A DNA stretch of 64,000 nucleotides from a virus (lineage: Duplodnaviria; Caudoviricetes), in the IMG/VR virus record IMGVR_UViG_3300033121_000954, positions 1-64,000 of that record; one strand, 5' to 3'. Positions 1 through 10,139 of the stretch are shown here, piece after piece. The first letter of the stretch is position 1, and each line of letters begins with the position of its first letter. The translations under genes and the position numbers were made by a program. Below the pieces are notes generated by a model. That model worked only from the letters and a program-made list of their open reading frames with translations. It was not told the DNA's origin and did not search any database.

Positions 1-254
1 ACCGAACCAAGTAATAACGCTGGTGAAATTCCAGACATAACACTTCCTATAACACCAAGACCAATTAGTGCAACACCAGCCTTTGCCAATCCTTCCCATC
101 CAATGTTGTTAAATTTTTCCAACGCAAACGCAAGTGGTATAAGTGATGCACCAATTGCTGCAATGGCAACCGAACCAAGTAATAACGCTGGTGAAATTCC
201 AGACATAACACTTCCTATAACACCAAGACCAATTAGTGCAACACCAGCCTTTGC
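1..254. repeat. 86-nt exact direct repeat (1-86 = 169-254), 168-nt (56-aa) period, within tape measure gene
   Basis: accgaaccaagtaataacgc...ccagcctttgc occurs twice, identical. Confidence 0.95.
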
Positions 255-3200
255 AAGACTTGACCAATCAACCTCATTGAATTGATTAAGTGCATACGCA
301 GCAGGAATTAAAGACGCACCAAGCAATGCAATAGCACCCGCACCAATTATCACTTGTCCTGATATTTTGCCAAGCATAAGTGCCGCAACTGTTAGTGAAC
401 CTAATGTGACAATGCCTTTTGCGACATCTCCCCAATTTACACCTGCAAAATTTTGAAATGCTTTGGATGTAATCCACAACGCACCAGAAACAATTATTAA
501 CGATGCCGCACCTTTAACTGCACTGGTTTTGAAACTTGACAACCCATCGCCGATTCCTTTCAACACATTTTTGATTGAAGTACCAATCCCGGCAGATAAT
601 GTTTTCATCGTATCTGCAACAAATTTGGCAATTTCCGTCAGCGTTCCCTTTATTGTTTGCCATACACTCTTTAACACACTACCCAAATTGCTAAATGCAG
701 ATTTGATAAAATCTGAAATTCCATTCATTTTTCCAGTAAGTCGTTTTTCTTGTTTTGGATCCACATCTGGAAGACTGATAGTTTTATCCGAACTTTTTAT
801 CTTTTTAATTGGGGCATCCGGTTCTGGTAATTTTACCTTTTCCTTTTTTTGTGGAAGTTGTTCGGTTATTTCTTCAGTTTTGTTTCGCACTATGTTTTCA
901 GCAACGTCGGTCGTTTTACTTGTTGCAAGTTCTTGCACTTTATTTGTAACGTCCGAAATCGTTTCGGTAGTTTTTGTAATTTGTTTGGTGTCAATTTCAG
1001 GTTCAAGTTTTTTCCCAAAAATATTTTTAGCGAACGACCCAATTTTTTGGAACACACTTTGCCCTTCATGTCCAGCATTTTTAAACGCACCAACCAACGG
1101 TTCTTCCAGTTTTCCAAGACCTTTTCGGGCTTTTTTCAGGACTGGTTCAAATCCACTTTCAAAAGTTCCTTCCATTTTCTTGCGGAATACCCGCTCAATT
1201 CCTTCTCCAAGATAGTGTGTTGCCATAGCACCAGCAATTCCAAACATTGCATCAAATTGTCCAAGGCTGGCTTGAGTTGCTTCGCCAGTTGCTCCTTCAA
1301 CTGCTTTACCAATTCCCATCAGTTTGCCGACATATCCAGCCGCCATTCCGCTTAAAGTTGCCGCACCAATTTTTCCAATTGTGCCAAATGTAGATTTTGC
1401 AGTGTCTGAACTAAAAATTCCTTTTTTAGCAGTCTTTTGCAGTTCTTCAACTTTAGTTATACCATCCGATGTCGTTTCTGTTAAAGATTTTTTTAATTTT
1501 TTGCCGGATTTTTCCGTTTCCGTGGCAATGGTTTGACCAGATTGGGCGGTGGTGCTGGCAATTTCAGTAACCACTTGCTGCATTTGCTGTGAATTTGAAT
1601 TTATACCCTTAACCGCAGTACCATTCAATTTATTGAAAGTGGCTTGGATGGATACAACAATTTCGTTCATCGCAGTTTTCACTGATGTAACCATATTGTC
1701 AATAGAAGTTTTCACCCCAGTACTAAGCATTTCTGATTGTGCAATCCCACCTTTAGTTGTAGATTCTAAAGATTTTTGCATTTTTTTACTGGATTTTTCA
1801 GTCTCTGCCACAATAGTTTGATTACTTTGCGCAGTTTTTGCCGAAATATCGCCAACTACTTGTTGCATTTGTTGTGATGTGGTGTCAATTCCCTTCCCAG
1901 TTGCACCGGACAATTTGCTGAAGGTGTTTTGAATGGAAGTTGTAATTTCACCCATCGCAGTTTTTACAGACGTAACCATATCTCCGATGGAAGTTTTAAC
2001 GTTTGTATTCAACGTTTCCACGGATGTTTTACTCTCTCCTATCGCATCTGCTGATTTTTTACCAATCCCGCCAAACATTCCACCAATTATATTACCCATT
2101 CCAGTGAATATCTTACCAATACCCGGAATCATTTCAATTAGACTGAATAATCCATTTTTTAACATACCAATGGATTTGAAAATCATCGTTCCAATACCGA
2201 TAGTTGCAAGCCCACCAAGTATTTTAACCACACCAGAAGCAAATTCGCCAAGCCCATTAACAGAATCTGAAACGGTATCAAATTTACCAATTAAGCCACT
2301 AATTCCGTTTCCAACCATTGAAAGTGGAGTAAGTATGTATGAAACTGCTTTTGTGACCACTCCAATAGCAGCCGCAATTGATTTGAATCCGAAAACTATA
2401 ATATCAAGAACTGGCGAAATCATATCAATCACAGATGCAAACGATTCCACGAGTGGGAGGATTGATTTGACTAAAACTGCTTTAATTTTATCCCATGCTA
2501 CGCCAAGTCTATCGGTGGATTGTAATTGGTGTAAACGATTTTTAATATCGCTCTGCGACATTGCCGAAATATCGCCCATCCTATCCAAATTTGCATTTAG
2601 ATATTTTTGTTGGTCTTCGGTCATTCCGTTCATCTTTTCGTGCAAATTAACCGACTTACCAAGTTCGTCCGCAGACATCCCCAGTGTCTTTGCAATTTTC
2701 ATCCGCGTCAAATAATCCATCTTGTCATACTTCGCAGTAGAGCCGATATTTTCCATAATTTCCTTTGTCATACCGGGAATATCACCCATCAATCCCTTGT
2801 CAAACGCTTTGCTAAAATCAATTCCACCACTGCTCATTGATTGAAGTTCATACATATCGGTCATAAATCCTTCCAAATCAAGCATTTTTTGGGCAATATC
2901 ACCAGCCTGTTTTAGACTTAATCCCATTCTGCGAACTTGGATGACTGCTTTTGCTGCTTTATCTGGCATTCCGGCAAAATATGTCGCAACTGCATCAGCA
3001 CTATCAATCAAGTCGTCTGTTACAATTTGCGGACTTAATCCAGCCATTTCCGCCATATAGCTGAGATTAGATTGCAATTTAACCGCCAACTTGTCATCAG
3101 CACCTAAATTACTAAATACTTTATGCAATTTTACTGCTTGCTCATTACCATAACCAAACGCCTTCCCAATTTCTGAAAGTGAAATGACGAGTTCTTTTGA

Positions 3201-4919
3201 TGATTTTGACTGCAAATCCAACAATGCCCAACTACTACTGATCATTGCAGTTTGGACTTCCTGAATATCTTGCATAGACAGGAACTGATTTTTTTGCGAA
3301 CTTAAAATATCAAGTTGGACATTTAACAATTCCTTTGCTTGCAACAATGAAATTTTCATATTTGCAGCCATGTCTTTATATTTTTCAACAACACTTGATA
3401 CAAATGTTCCAAGTAACACCACAGACGCAATCAGCATAGTCATCGGATTCAATGCAAGACTAATTGCGGGTTCCAGTTGTTTAAAATACGAATTTAATGC
3501 CGATGCACTATCTCCACCACTTGAAATTTCATCCGAAAACGCTTTTGCTCCTTTTTGATGCGAATCAAGCAAAACAGCACTTACTTTAGAAATTCCTAAA
3601 AAGTCCCCAATACCAGCAGGTAACATTGCATTTACATAATCAAACCCACTTCCAATTCGCAAAACTGCTTTTTCCGCTTTTTCAAGTTGCCCCATATAGG
3701 AAGCCATCGTTTTATGGATTCTGGTCTGTGCTTCAACTTGCGAATTTATCGCATCTATTTCATCGTATTGCAAACGTATTTGGTCTGTCAGCAATTGTGT
3801 TGAAATTCCAAGTGGAACGGTTAGACTACGCAACGCCTTTTCCTGTTCAGCCGTTCTACTTGTACCCAACTGGATTAAATTAACAATCTCATCAAAATCT
3901 ACTTTTAATTTGTCAGTTATTTTATTATTGTCCGCAATTTCGTCCAATCTACTAATCAGTTGTTCGTATTGTTTTGTACCCTCCTTTAAAATGCCCGTAG
4001 CCGTCTGTATTTCGCCTGTATTAACGTCAATTGAAATTTGCGATGTTCCTATTATCTTATCAAAGTCAGACGCTTCTACGTTAAATTTGACGTTCTGTTG
4101 TAAATCTTCCAATGCTCTTCCCCGAGTTGCATTTTTTTGAAGTTTATCGTTTTGCGCAAAGTATTGCTTCAGCCCATCCAACCGTGCATCCTTTTCAAGT
4201 TTTACGCTATTTAAGATTTTAGCAACTTCGTCGTTCAACTCACCAGTTATTGGATTAAAATTTAATTTAAAATCAATGATCTGCCCACTCACATTTCTAA
4301 CCATCGTATCGATGTCGGATTGCATTTTTTCCACCAACTCCATCGCAGTTACTACCGATTCATTTACACCACCAAACATACCAGATAAATCAGTCTTTTT
4401 TGCAACCAGTTCGTTTATGATTTGTTCACTGTTGGAAAGTGAGCCGCCAAATTTATTAACTTCTTTTTTTGCTTGACTGACTGCACGGACAATTGCTTCG
4501 TGGTTTGAGAGCAATTTCTTAGTTAGATCAACCTCATCGTCAATCAGTCCGTGTTGCTGCTTAAGTAGATCAATGTATGTTTTGGAATTTTCTATCGTAT
4601 CTTCGCTAATTTCATCAATTTCTTTGAATCTTTTAGTGAGATCGTCTAAATCTTTCTTTTGTGCTTTGCGGGCTTTCGCCCATTTTTTAATAAAATCGTC
4701 CGATACCAATGCACCGTCTTCCAATGCACCAGTTACACCAGCAACTAATTCCTTTGCATCATCGGCGGATTTTGCAAACCCCGAATCTATCACAGTCATA
4801 ACTTTCAACAATTGACGATTTACATCAATTTGTTGTTTACCTGCCGATGCAACTTTGGAAATTACCGAATGGATTTCGGTTAGTAGTTTTTTTATTTCGG
4901 ATTGGTCATTTGCAGCCAT
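1..4919 (-). CDS. Tape measure protein (3' end outside window, >1630 aa)
   Basis: ATG at 4917-4919 (MAANDQSEIKKLLTE...). The frame still reads LGVIGSVMSGISPALLLGS at the window edge. It is absent from the ORF track, consistent with no stop in the window. Helical Ala/Gly/Lys-rich repeats; downstream of tube and chaperone genes. Confidence 0.85.
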   Translation of the reverse strand, partial: MAANDQSEIKKLLTEIHSVISKVASAGKQQIDVNRQLLKVMTVIDSGFAKSADDAKELVAGVTGALEDGALVSDDFIKKWAKARKAQKKDLDDLTKRFKEIDEISEDTIENSKTYIDLLKQQHGLIDDEVDLTKKLLSNHEAIVRAVSQAKKEVNKFGGSLSNSEQIINELVAKKTDLSGMFGGVNESVVTAMELVEKMQSDIDTMVRNVSGQIIDFKLNFNPITGELNDEVAKILNSVKLEKDARLDGLKQYFAQNDKLQKNATRGRALEDLQQNVKFNVEASDFDKIIGTSQISIDVNTGEIQTATGILKEGTKQYEQLISRLDEIADNNKITDKLKVDFDEIVNLIQLGTSRTAEQEKALRSLTVPLGISTQLLTDQIRLQYDEIDAINSQVEAQTRIHKTMASYMGQLEKAEKAVLRIGSGFDYVNAMLPAGIGDFLGISKVSAVLLDSHQKGAKAFSDEISSGGDSASALNSYFKQLEPAISLALNPMTMLIASVVLLGTFVSSVVEKYKDMAANMKISLLQAKELLNVQLDILSSQKNQFLSMQDIQEVQTAMISSSWALLDLQSKSSKELVISLSEIGKAFGYGNEQAVKLHKVFSNLGADDKLAVKLQSNLSYMAEMAGLSPQIVTDDLIDSADAVATYFAGMPDKAAKAVIQVRRMGLSLKQAGDIAQKMLDLEGFMTDMYELQSMSSGGIDFSKAFDKGLMGDIPGMTKEIMENIGSTAKYDKMDYLTRMKIAKTLGMSADELGKSVNLHEKMNGMTEDQQKYLNANLDRMGDISAMSQSDIKNRLHQLQSTDRLGVAWDKIKAVLVKSILPLVESFASVIDMISPVLDIIVFGFKSIAAAIGVVTKAVSYILTPLSMVGNGISGLIGKFDTVSDSVNGLGEFASGVVKILGGLATIGIGTMIFKSIGMLKNGLFSLIEMIPGIGKIFTGMGNIIGGMFGGIGKKSADAIGESKTSVETLNTNVKTSIGDMVTSVKTAMGEITTSIQNTFSKLSGATGKGIDTTSQQMQQVVGDISAKTAQSNQTIVAETEKSSKKMQKSLESTTKGGIAQSEMLSTGVKTSIDNMVTSVKTAMNEIVVSIQATFNKLNGTAVKGINSNSQQMQQVVTEIASTTAQSGQTIATETEKSGKKLKKSLTETTSDGITKVEELQKTAKKGIFSSDTAKSTFGTIGKIGAATLSGMAAGYVGKLMGIGKAVEGATGEATQASLGQFDAMFGIAGAMATHYLGEGIERVFRKKMEGTFESGFEPVLKKARKGLGKLEEPLVGAFKNAGHEGQSVFQKIGSFAKNIFGKKLEPEIDTKQITKTTETISDVTNKVQELATSKTTDVAENIVRNKTEEITEQLPQKKEKVKLPEPDAPIKKIKSSDKTISLPDVDPKQEKRLTGKMNGISDFIKSAFSNLGSVLKSVWQTIKGTLTEIAKFVADTMKTLSAGIGTSIKNVLKGIGDGLSSFKTSAVKGAASLIIVSGALWITSKAFQNFAGVNWGDVAKGIVTLGSLTVAALMLGKISGQVIIGAGAIALLGASLIPAAYALNQFNEVDWSSLAKAGVALIGLGVIGSVMSGISPALLLGSVAIAAIGASLIPLAFALEKFNNIGWEGLAKAGVALIGLGVIGSVMSGISPALLLGS
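1483..2005. repeat. Degenerate 285-nt (95-aa) tandem duplication in tape measure gene
   Basis: aaagattttt...ggatttttc...gtttga and tgcatttg.tgtga blocks recur 285 nt apart. Confidence 0.75.
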
Positions 4920-4921
4920 GA

Positions 4922-5152
4922 TTATTTTGTACCCTTTTCTTTACATAACACCGAGTTCGGGTTGTCTTTACATACTTTTTTTAATCCAGCATCAGCCTTG
5001 TCAGTCCAATATTTCAACGATTCAAGAGTGGATGCTAAGTCTTTCTCACTTTCCATTTCTTTGATTGCTTTGGGTAGTTCTTTACGAAGTTGACCCAGTG
5101 CGAGAGTCTTTGCGAGTGTTGTGAAAAAGTTTTCTGATATAAGTGGGTTCAT
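4922..5152 (-). CDS. Hypothetical protein upstream of tape measure
   Basis: 76-aa ORF, GAGGA SD, late-type motif upstream. Confidence 0.7.
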   Translation of the reverse strand: MNPLISENFFTTLAKTLALGQLRKELPKAIKEMESEKDLASTLESLKYWTDKADAGLKKVCKDNPNSVLCKEKGTK

Positions 5153-5214
5153 CGTGGTAGTTCCTCAGTTTTTAGTTCAATATAAATATCAAAGAGTGGT
5201 TGGTTTGTTTTAAT

Positions 5215-5266
5215 TGTTAACGTGTTGTTAAAGATTTGGAAATGTCTAAAATTTTCTGTAACTTTG
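5215..5266 (+). promoter_or_regulatory. Bacteroidota-type promoter with upstream TGTTAA direct repeat
   Basis: TGTTAA-N5-TGTTAA-AG-ATTTGG...TAACTTTG. Confidence 0.7.
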
Positions 5267-5441
5267 TTAAATATAAACAATATTAATAAAATAAATAAAA
5301 TGTGTCAATGCTTGATTTTTGAAGAAAATCAACATCGTCAGTAACACTTGAAAAGTGTGGATGACAAACGTTTTTAAATACTATGTTATAATAGTAAAAC
5401 AAAACTTCAAGAAATAATTTTAAGATTATATCTAAATGATT

Positions 5442-5483
5442 TGTTAATAATTTGGAAGTATCAAATCAACATCCACATCTTTG
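5442..5483 (+). promoter_or_regulatory. Bacteroidota-type promoter upstream of RNA ligase
   Basis: TGTTAA..TTTGG-N20-CATCTTTG. Confidence 0.65.
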
Positions 5484-5577
5484 TCGCATAAAATTTAAAC
5501 AAAATAAAATCATGCACACTTTATTGGTTTAAACCAGTTAGAATTTCAAGCGAATTATTAACCAATAAATTATTTCT

Positions 5578-6540
5578 ATGATTAAATTTCCGAGTATCGA
5601 GCAATTCCGGAATGTCATCCGCGAAGTGCATCTCAATCACGACTATCAAGGTAAGGATGAGGAGGGCAACCCCGTTTACGGACATCAAAGTCCGTATCCA
5701 ACAATGAATTTTGCCGGAACTGTAAAAATTCACGGCACCAATGCTGGAATTGTGAAATACAAAAATGGACACATTGAATACCAATCTCGCGAAAATGTGT
5801 TGAGTCTCACCAAAGACAATGCTCAATTCTTTTTGAATATGAGTGCGAAAAATTTAGACTTCTTGTTTGACGGGATTGAATTTAATGAGCACATCGCAAT
5901 TTTTGGAGAATGGTGTGGTCAATCCATCCAAAAGGGAGTTGCAGTTAGCGGACTTCAAAAAATGTTTGTGATTTTTGCATGCAAAGTAGATGGCGAATGG
6001 ATTGATTTCGTCAAATCAGACCCAAATCAAAGAATCTACAACATCAACGACTTCAAAAAATACGAAGTTGAAATTGACTTTAACAATCCGGAACTTGTCC
6101 AAAATCACTTAGGCGAATTGACCTTACAAGTTGAACAAGAATGTCCAGTTGGAAAACATTTTGGAGTATCTGGCACGGGCGAAGGAATTGTATGGAAGGC
6201 AAATTACAATGGTCGCTATTATATCTTTAAAACGAAGGGTGAAAAGCATTCAGCATCAAAAGTCAAGACACTTGCGTCAGTCAATGTGGATGAAATCAAC
6301 AGCATCAACGAATTTGTTGATTACGTTCTTACTGAATCCAGACTCAATCAAGGTATTGATAAATTGCGCGAAGTAGGAAAGGAAGTTAGTCAGAAATCAA
6401 CTGGAGATTATTTGCGATGGATTGTGAATGATGTATTGAAAGAGGAACAGGATACTATCATTGAAAATCAACTTGATCCAAAAAAACTCAATTCTGCAAT
6501 TTCTAACAAAGCCCGTCTGTGGTTTTTTAATAATTTTTGA
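5578..6540 (+). CDS. RNA ligase, Rnl2 family
   Basis: Nucleotidyltransferase motifs KIHGTNA, FGEW, GEGIVW, FKTK. Confidence 0.88.
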   Translation: MIKFPSIEQFRNVIREVHLNHDYQGKDEEGNPVYGHQSPYPTMNFAGTVKIHGTNAGIVKYKNGHIEYQSRENVLSLTKDNAQFFLNMSAKNLDFLFDGIEFNEHIAIFGEWCGQSIQKGVAVSGLQKMFVIFACKVDGEWIDFVKSDPNQRIYNINDFKKYEVEIDFNNPELVQNHLGELTLQVEQECPVGKHFGVSGTGEGIVWKANYNGRYYIFKTKGEKHSASKVKTLASVNVDEINSINEFVDYVLTESRLNQGIDKLREVGKEVSQKSTGDYLRWIVNDVLKEEQDTIIENQLDPKKLNSAISNKARLWFFNNF

Positions 6541-6541
6541 T

Positions 6542-6790
6542 ATGACACATTCATTCAGCATTCCACTCAATCAGTTGAAGTCACTCCAAGACTTCATCAA
6601 GTCTGAAACTTACACAGTCAGATTCAACCGAAATCCATTGGTTATCCATAATACCGCCATCGTATCATTGGAATATGATGTTTCGGAATCCGGAAAGATA
6701 AATGTATTTTTGAATGATATTGAACCCAAACAATCACCAAGTCCGAAACAAACATTTTGGGCAAAAATAAAATCATTATGGGAGTTCTAA
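6542..6790 (+). CDS. Hypothetical protein (start revised to ATG 6542)
   Basis: ATG immediately after ligase stop; MTHSFSIPL... Confidence 0.65.
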   Translation: MTHSFSIPLNQLKSLQDFIKSETYTVRFNRNPLVIHNTAIVSLEYDVSESGKINVFLNDIEPKQSPSPKQTFWAKIKSLWEF

Positions 6791-6888
6791 GTTGTGCGCG
6801 ACCAAGTTGCAATAATATCATGTGCGACACTTATGTTGAAACTGTTGGGTATGTTTGTAGCGAATGTCAAGATGAATTTAAGACATAA
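6778..6888 (+). pseudogene. Short Cys-rich (Zn-ribbon-like) ORF, probably truncated
   Basis: MGVLSCARPSCNNIMCDTYVETVGYVCSECQDEFKT*, followed by degraded sequence. Confidence 0.4.
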
Positions 6889-7008
6889 AAAAACCTGACT
6901 CCGCATACAGACTACGAGTTTACCCTCAGTATTTATGGAAACGGATAAAACCAATTCCTATCGGAAAGATATTCCATATACACAAACATTTTTTTTCATA
7001 TTATCGTC

Positions 7009-7518
7009 ATGTTTGACTTTTTTGCATCAAATACCCGAAAAATACCCATGTGTGGTGGGTATATAAAAATCAAATATAATAAAACTACAACATCTATTGA
7101 GATAGTTGGGTTTGACAGTGTGTTTATTAAGGCACATAAAACTGATTCAGATGGATATAAGCCGCAATACCCAACTATTTGGAGGAATGCAAATTCAGGA
7201 GACTGGAAAAATTTAGGTACTCTTAGTAAATTTATAAAATGTGTTGATTTCTATGACTATTCGTGGGAATACGATACATGGTATGCTAAATTCTTGATAA
7301 GACTGAATTCGTATTTTATTCGGGATAATATATCAAAATTTAAAAAGCAGTTGTTGGAATTGGACGAAATATTCCAACAAACCGCCCAGTATGCAGAACA
7401 AAAATATCGGCAATTTAAGAATTTTGATTCCGAATTACAAAATTTTTCGGATGACCGGGAACCGGATTTTAAATTAAGTGAGGCAGAGTTCAATAAAATT
7501 ATAAAAACATTGTTTTAA
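7009..7518 (+). CDS. Hypothetical protein
   Basis: 169-aa ORF in + strand cassette. Confidence 0.65.
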   Translation: MFDFFASNTRKIPMCGGYIKIKYNKTTTSIEIVGFDSVFIKAHKTDSDGYKPQYPTIWRNANSGDWKNLGTLSKFIKCVDFYDYSWEYDTWYAKFLIRLNSYFIRDNISKFKKQLLELDEIFQQTAQYAEQKYRQFKNFDSELQNFSDDREPDFKLSEAEFNKIIKTLF

Positions 7519-7520
7519 TT

Positions 7521-7991
7521 ATGACAAATTTCTATCAATTCCGCCAAAATAATAGTGGCGGCAATTTTCAAGTTGACCATCAAGTGTGTCACCAAATAAT
7601 AATTGAAGCATACTCTGTAGAACAGGCAATCGCAGAAGCAGAATCCCTTGGTTGCTATTGGAATGGTGCGTCCAATGGAATTGATTGTTCATGCTGCGGC
7701 GATCGTTGGAGCAGACTTGCAGATGTGGTTGACTTAGACCATATAAATAAAGTTGGCTATTCGGCTGAGGTATGGTGTGTAGATAATGATGATTATAAAA
7801 GTCATTATGAAAAACGATACGGAAAATACCAAATTCATACAAATCCTGAAATTTCCAGTTATGGTAGTTATCGCGGAACAATCAAATTCAACGATATTGA
7901 ACAGTACGCGCAATTTTTGGCAACAGAATACCGTTCTACCAATCCAGATGTGCGCATATTTTATTTGGACGGGACAGTTAGGGAGTTTTAA
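7521..7991 (+). CDS. Conserved-looking phage hypothetical protein
   Basis: FYQFRQNNSGG and DCSCCGDRW motifs. Confidence 0.8.
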   Translation: MTNFYQFRQNNSGGNFQVDHQVCHQIIIEAYSVEQAIAEAESLGCYWNGASNGIDCSCCGDRWSRLADVVDLDHINKVGYSAEVWCVDNDDYKSHYEKRYGKYQIHTNPEISSYGSYRGTIKFNDIEQYAQFLATEYRSTNPDVRIFYLDGTVREF

Positions 7992-8038
7992 AATGAAAAT
8001 GGACTTTTGGTTGTTACGCCATTAGCCCATTTTCATTT
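7991..8038. terminator. Bidirectional terminator between convergent genes
   Basis: aaatgaaaatgg ... ccattttcattt inverted repeat. Confidence 0.65.
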
Positions 8039-8288
8039 ATTTCTTCTTATTTGCGGCTTCTTGCCGAGCATTTTCTTCATCTATTGATTTTACCAGTTTG
8101 TAGTAATAATAACTACGAATATTTACTGGCATATTATAAATGGTATCAAATGCTCCAAACCCTCCGCAATGTTTCATCATGTCAAAAATTTGATCCATCA
8201 CCCGATTATCATAATCAGATGTCAGGCCAAAAAAAGTTAGCCCCAATGGTAATGTTAGTGTGAAAGGGCTCCCCTGTTTCCTCGTCAA
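8037..8288 (-). CDS. Small tail/baseplate assembly protein (gp51-like/GT-like), possibly a frameshift extension of the upstream gene
   Basis: IYNMPVNIRSYY motif; overlaps the 3' end of 8215..9045 across a T7 run. Confidence 0.6.
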   Translation of the reverse strand: MTRKQGSPFTLTLPLGLTFFGLTSDYDNRVMDQIFDMMKHCGGFGAFDTIYNMPVNIRSYYYYKLVKSIDEENARQEAANKKK

Positions 8289-9045
8289 TTACTTCAATTT
8301 CCATATTAACTCCGGGAGTCATTTTGGCGACATAATCTCGGAATTGCCGCGCATCTTTTGCTTGAAATTCGTTGTTTATAAACATTTTGATGAAATTGGG
8401 ATCACTCTCCCCATTCACTGAAAGGATTAAATGCTCCAATCGTGTAGTGATTTGCGTATCTGGACTACCCGCCGTTTTGTATTTTTTCAGTTTGTCGTCA
8501 ATCTTCCGTTGGTCCCCGATAGTCAATAATTTGAATTTAATATCGTATTTTCCGACACGGTTTTCATAATGGTATGTGAACTCATTTTCGCCAGTTGCAA
8601 ACAATGCCTCATCAATTTCTTTGTTTTTTAAAGTATTGAGGTCAATTTCCACCTTTTGCTTCTTTCCGCTCGGGGCATTTACTTCTACTTCGTATTTTTC
8701 TCCATAGCCATAGATGCGACTGGCAACAATCAATGCGTCTTTGTCCCCAACCAACAAATCATCATAGTTGAATTTTGTGATTAACATGGATTGGAGGAAT
8801 TTGTCAATTACTATACCCAATTTTATATACGACTCGGTTGTGAGGATATTTTCTTCTCGGGCTGTCATAAATTTCATTTCCACATACCCTTGACGTAATG
8901 GAGAATCTGGAGGATACAACAATCCTTTTGATGGTAATTCAATCGCGTTTGTTGGAAATGTTGCGACTTGAGTTTGGATTGTAATTGGCTGTGATTCAGT
9001 ATTCGGTACTTGATTTTGTGTAATTTTTACTATTGGTTCTTTCAC
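8215..9045 (-). CDS. Baseplate hub / tail assembly chaperone (T4 gp26-like)
   Basis: IELPSKGLLY, MTAREENIL, DLLVGDKDAL..ASRI motifs; GTG start; lies between tube genes and tape measure. Confidence 0.75.
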   Translation of the reverse strand: MKEPIVKITQNQVPNTESQPITIQTQVATFPTNAIELPSKGLLYPPDSPLRQGYVEMKFMTAREENILTTESYIKLGIVIDKFLQSMLITKFNYDDLLVGDKDALIVASRIYGYGEKYEVEVNAPSGKKQKVEIDLNTLKNKEIDEALFATGENEFTYHYENRVGKYDIKFKLLTIGDQRKIDDKLKKYKTAGSPDTQITTRLEHLILSVNGESDPNFIKMFINNEFQAKDARQFRDYVAKMTPGVNMEIEVIDEETGEPFHTNITIGANFFWPDI

Positions 9046-9056
9046 TGTTAATTAGA

Positions 9057-9108
9057 TGTTAATGGTTAAGAAATGTTTGGAGAATACTTCTATCCTCTCT
9101 TATCGTTG
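9057..9108 (+). promoter_or_regulatory. Bacteroidota-type promoter
   Basis: TGTTAA...TTTGG-N20-TATCGTTG. Confidence 0.6.
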
Positions 9109-9128
9109 TTGTAATAAATTTAAATGAT

Positions 9129-9443
9129 ATGACGCATAATGTACTTTACATCGTTCCGAAGGGAACATTTGGGGATAAAAATGATAATCTCCAAATGATT
9201 TCAACCAAAGACAATTGCGATGCAGTGTGTGCAATTGTCCACGGAATTGGTCAATTTGGCGATTTCCCAAAATTCAAACCACTCAATTTATTTATTCAGG
9301 GAAATTCTCATCATGGTGATGGAAAATGGTGGATTATGATTGAGCATTGGAGTTTTGATTGTGACTTATTCTTTGAATTCTGCGAATTTATTTCAAATGA
9401 GTTAAAATTTCCACTTGAAATTGGTTTTCCTAAATCAATATAA
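9129..9443 (+). CDS. Hypothetical protein
   Basis: 104-aa ORF directly after promoter. Confidence 0.7.
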   Translation: MTHNVLYIVPKGTFGDKNDNLQMISTKDNCDAVCAIVHGIGQFGDFPKFKPLNLFIQGNSHHGDGKWWIMIEHWSFDCDLFFEFCEFISNELKFPLEIGFPKSI

Positions 9444-9466
9444 TTATGAAACTTGTAATCAATGAA

Positions 9467-9946
9467 CTACCGGCCTTCAAACAAGGCATAGTCGTATGAA
9501 ATGGTAATTTGTGGTTGGACGACTTCTTCTGTACTCCAATCCAGTTCTCCGTAATTTATCAACGACATAAATGCCCCAATCAATTTCCATGTTCCAACTA
9601 CATTGTCAGTTGGGCCAAGTAATTGAATTTGAATGTCTTTTTTGTAAGTGTCCCCATACTCGTCCGTACCTTGGACAACATCTTGGTGTAAATCGTTCAA
9701 ATACATCCAAAGTTGTTCCATTGTTAATCCCTCATAAGCATAACAAGTAATTTGAATGTCATTCCATTTTGTTTTGCCCTTGATTTTCATTTGTGTGTTG
9801 CCGTATTCCACCGTGATCGGTGAATTATCAACTGTTGGTAATTGTGCGGCTTTACCGTAGATATTTATATCCTGTATTGCGCTGAATTGTATGCGAAACC
9901 GGAAGGAAACTTGTGGTCTATATGATTCTGGTGACAATCTTGCCAT
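9467..9946 (-). CDS. Tail tube protein (gp19-like), paralog 3
   Basis: KIKGKTKW, YKKDI, WKLIGAF, GELDW, ISYDYA. Confidence 0.85.
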   Translation of the reverse strand: MARLSPESYRPQVSFRFRIQFSAIQDINIYGKAAQLPTVDNSPITVEYGNTQMKIKGKTKWNDIQITCYAYEGLTMEQLWMYLNDLHQDVVQGTDEYGDTYKKDIQIQLLGPTDNVVGTWKLIGAFMSLINYGELDWSTEEVVQPQITISYDYALFEGR

Positions 9947-9971
9947 TTTTTCATCATCTTAATTTAAAACT

Positions 9972-10139
9972 ATGAATAAATTTTTTCTGTTCGGAATTTC
10001 ATTGGTATTAATTGTAATTGCCATTTCATTCGTGATTGATGGTCAATATACAAACGTTCAACATCTTGGATTACTAAGTTCCATATTCTTTGTGGGTGGT
10101 GTTGTGTGTGATGAAATTGAAAACCGTACTAAAGGATAG
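9972..10139 (+). CDS. Small two-TM membrane protein (55 aa)
   Basis: MNKFFLFGISLVLIVIAISFVIDG...LLSSIFFVGGVV; below the ORF-track cutoff. Confidence 0.5.
   Translation: MNKFFLFGISLVLIVIAISFVIDGQYTNVQHLGLLSSIFFVGGVVCDEIENRTKG

Noticed and set aside
103-5093. Many + strand ORFs (e.g. 463..1215, 1933..2715)
   Set aside because: Antisense shadows of the tape measure gene with no recognisable motifs
5300-5440. Short broken ORF fragments between two promoters
   Set aside because: Too degraded to assign; probably a decayed early gene
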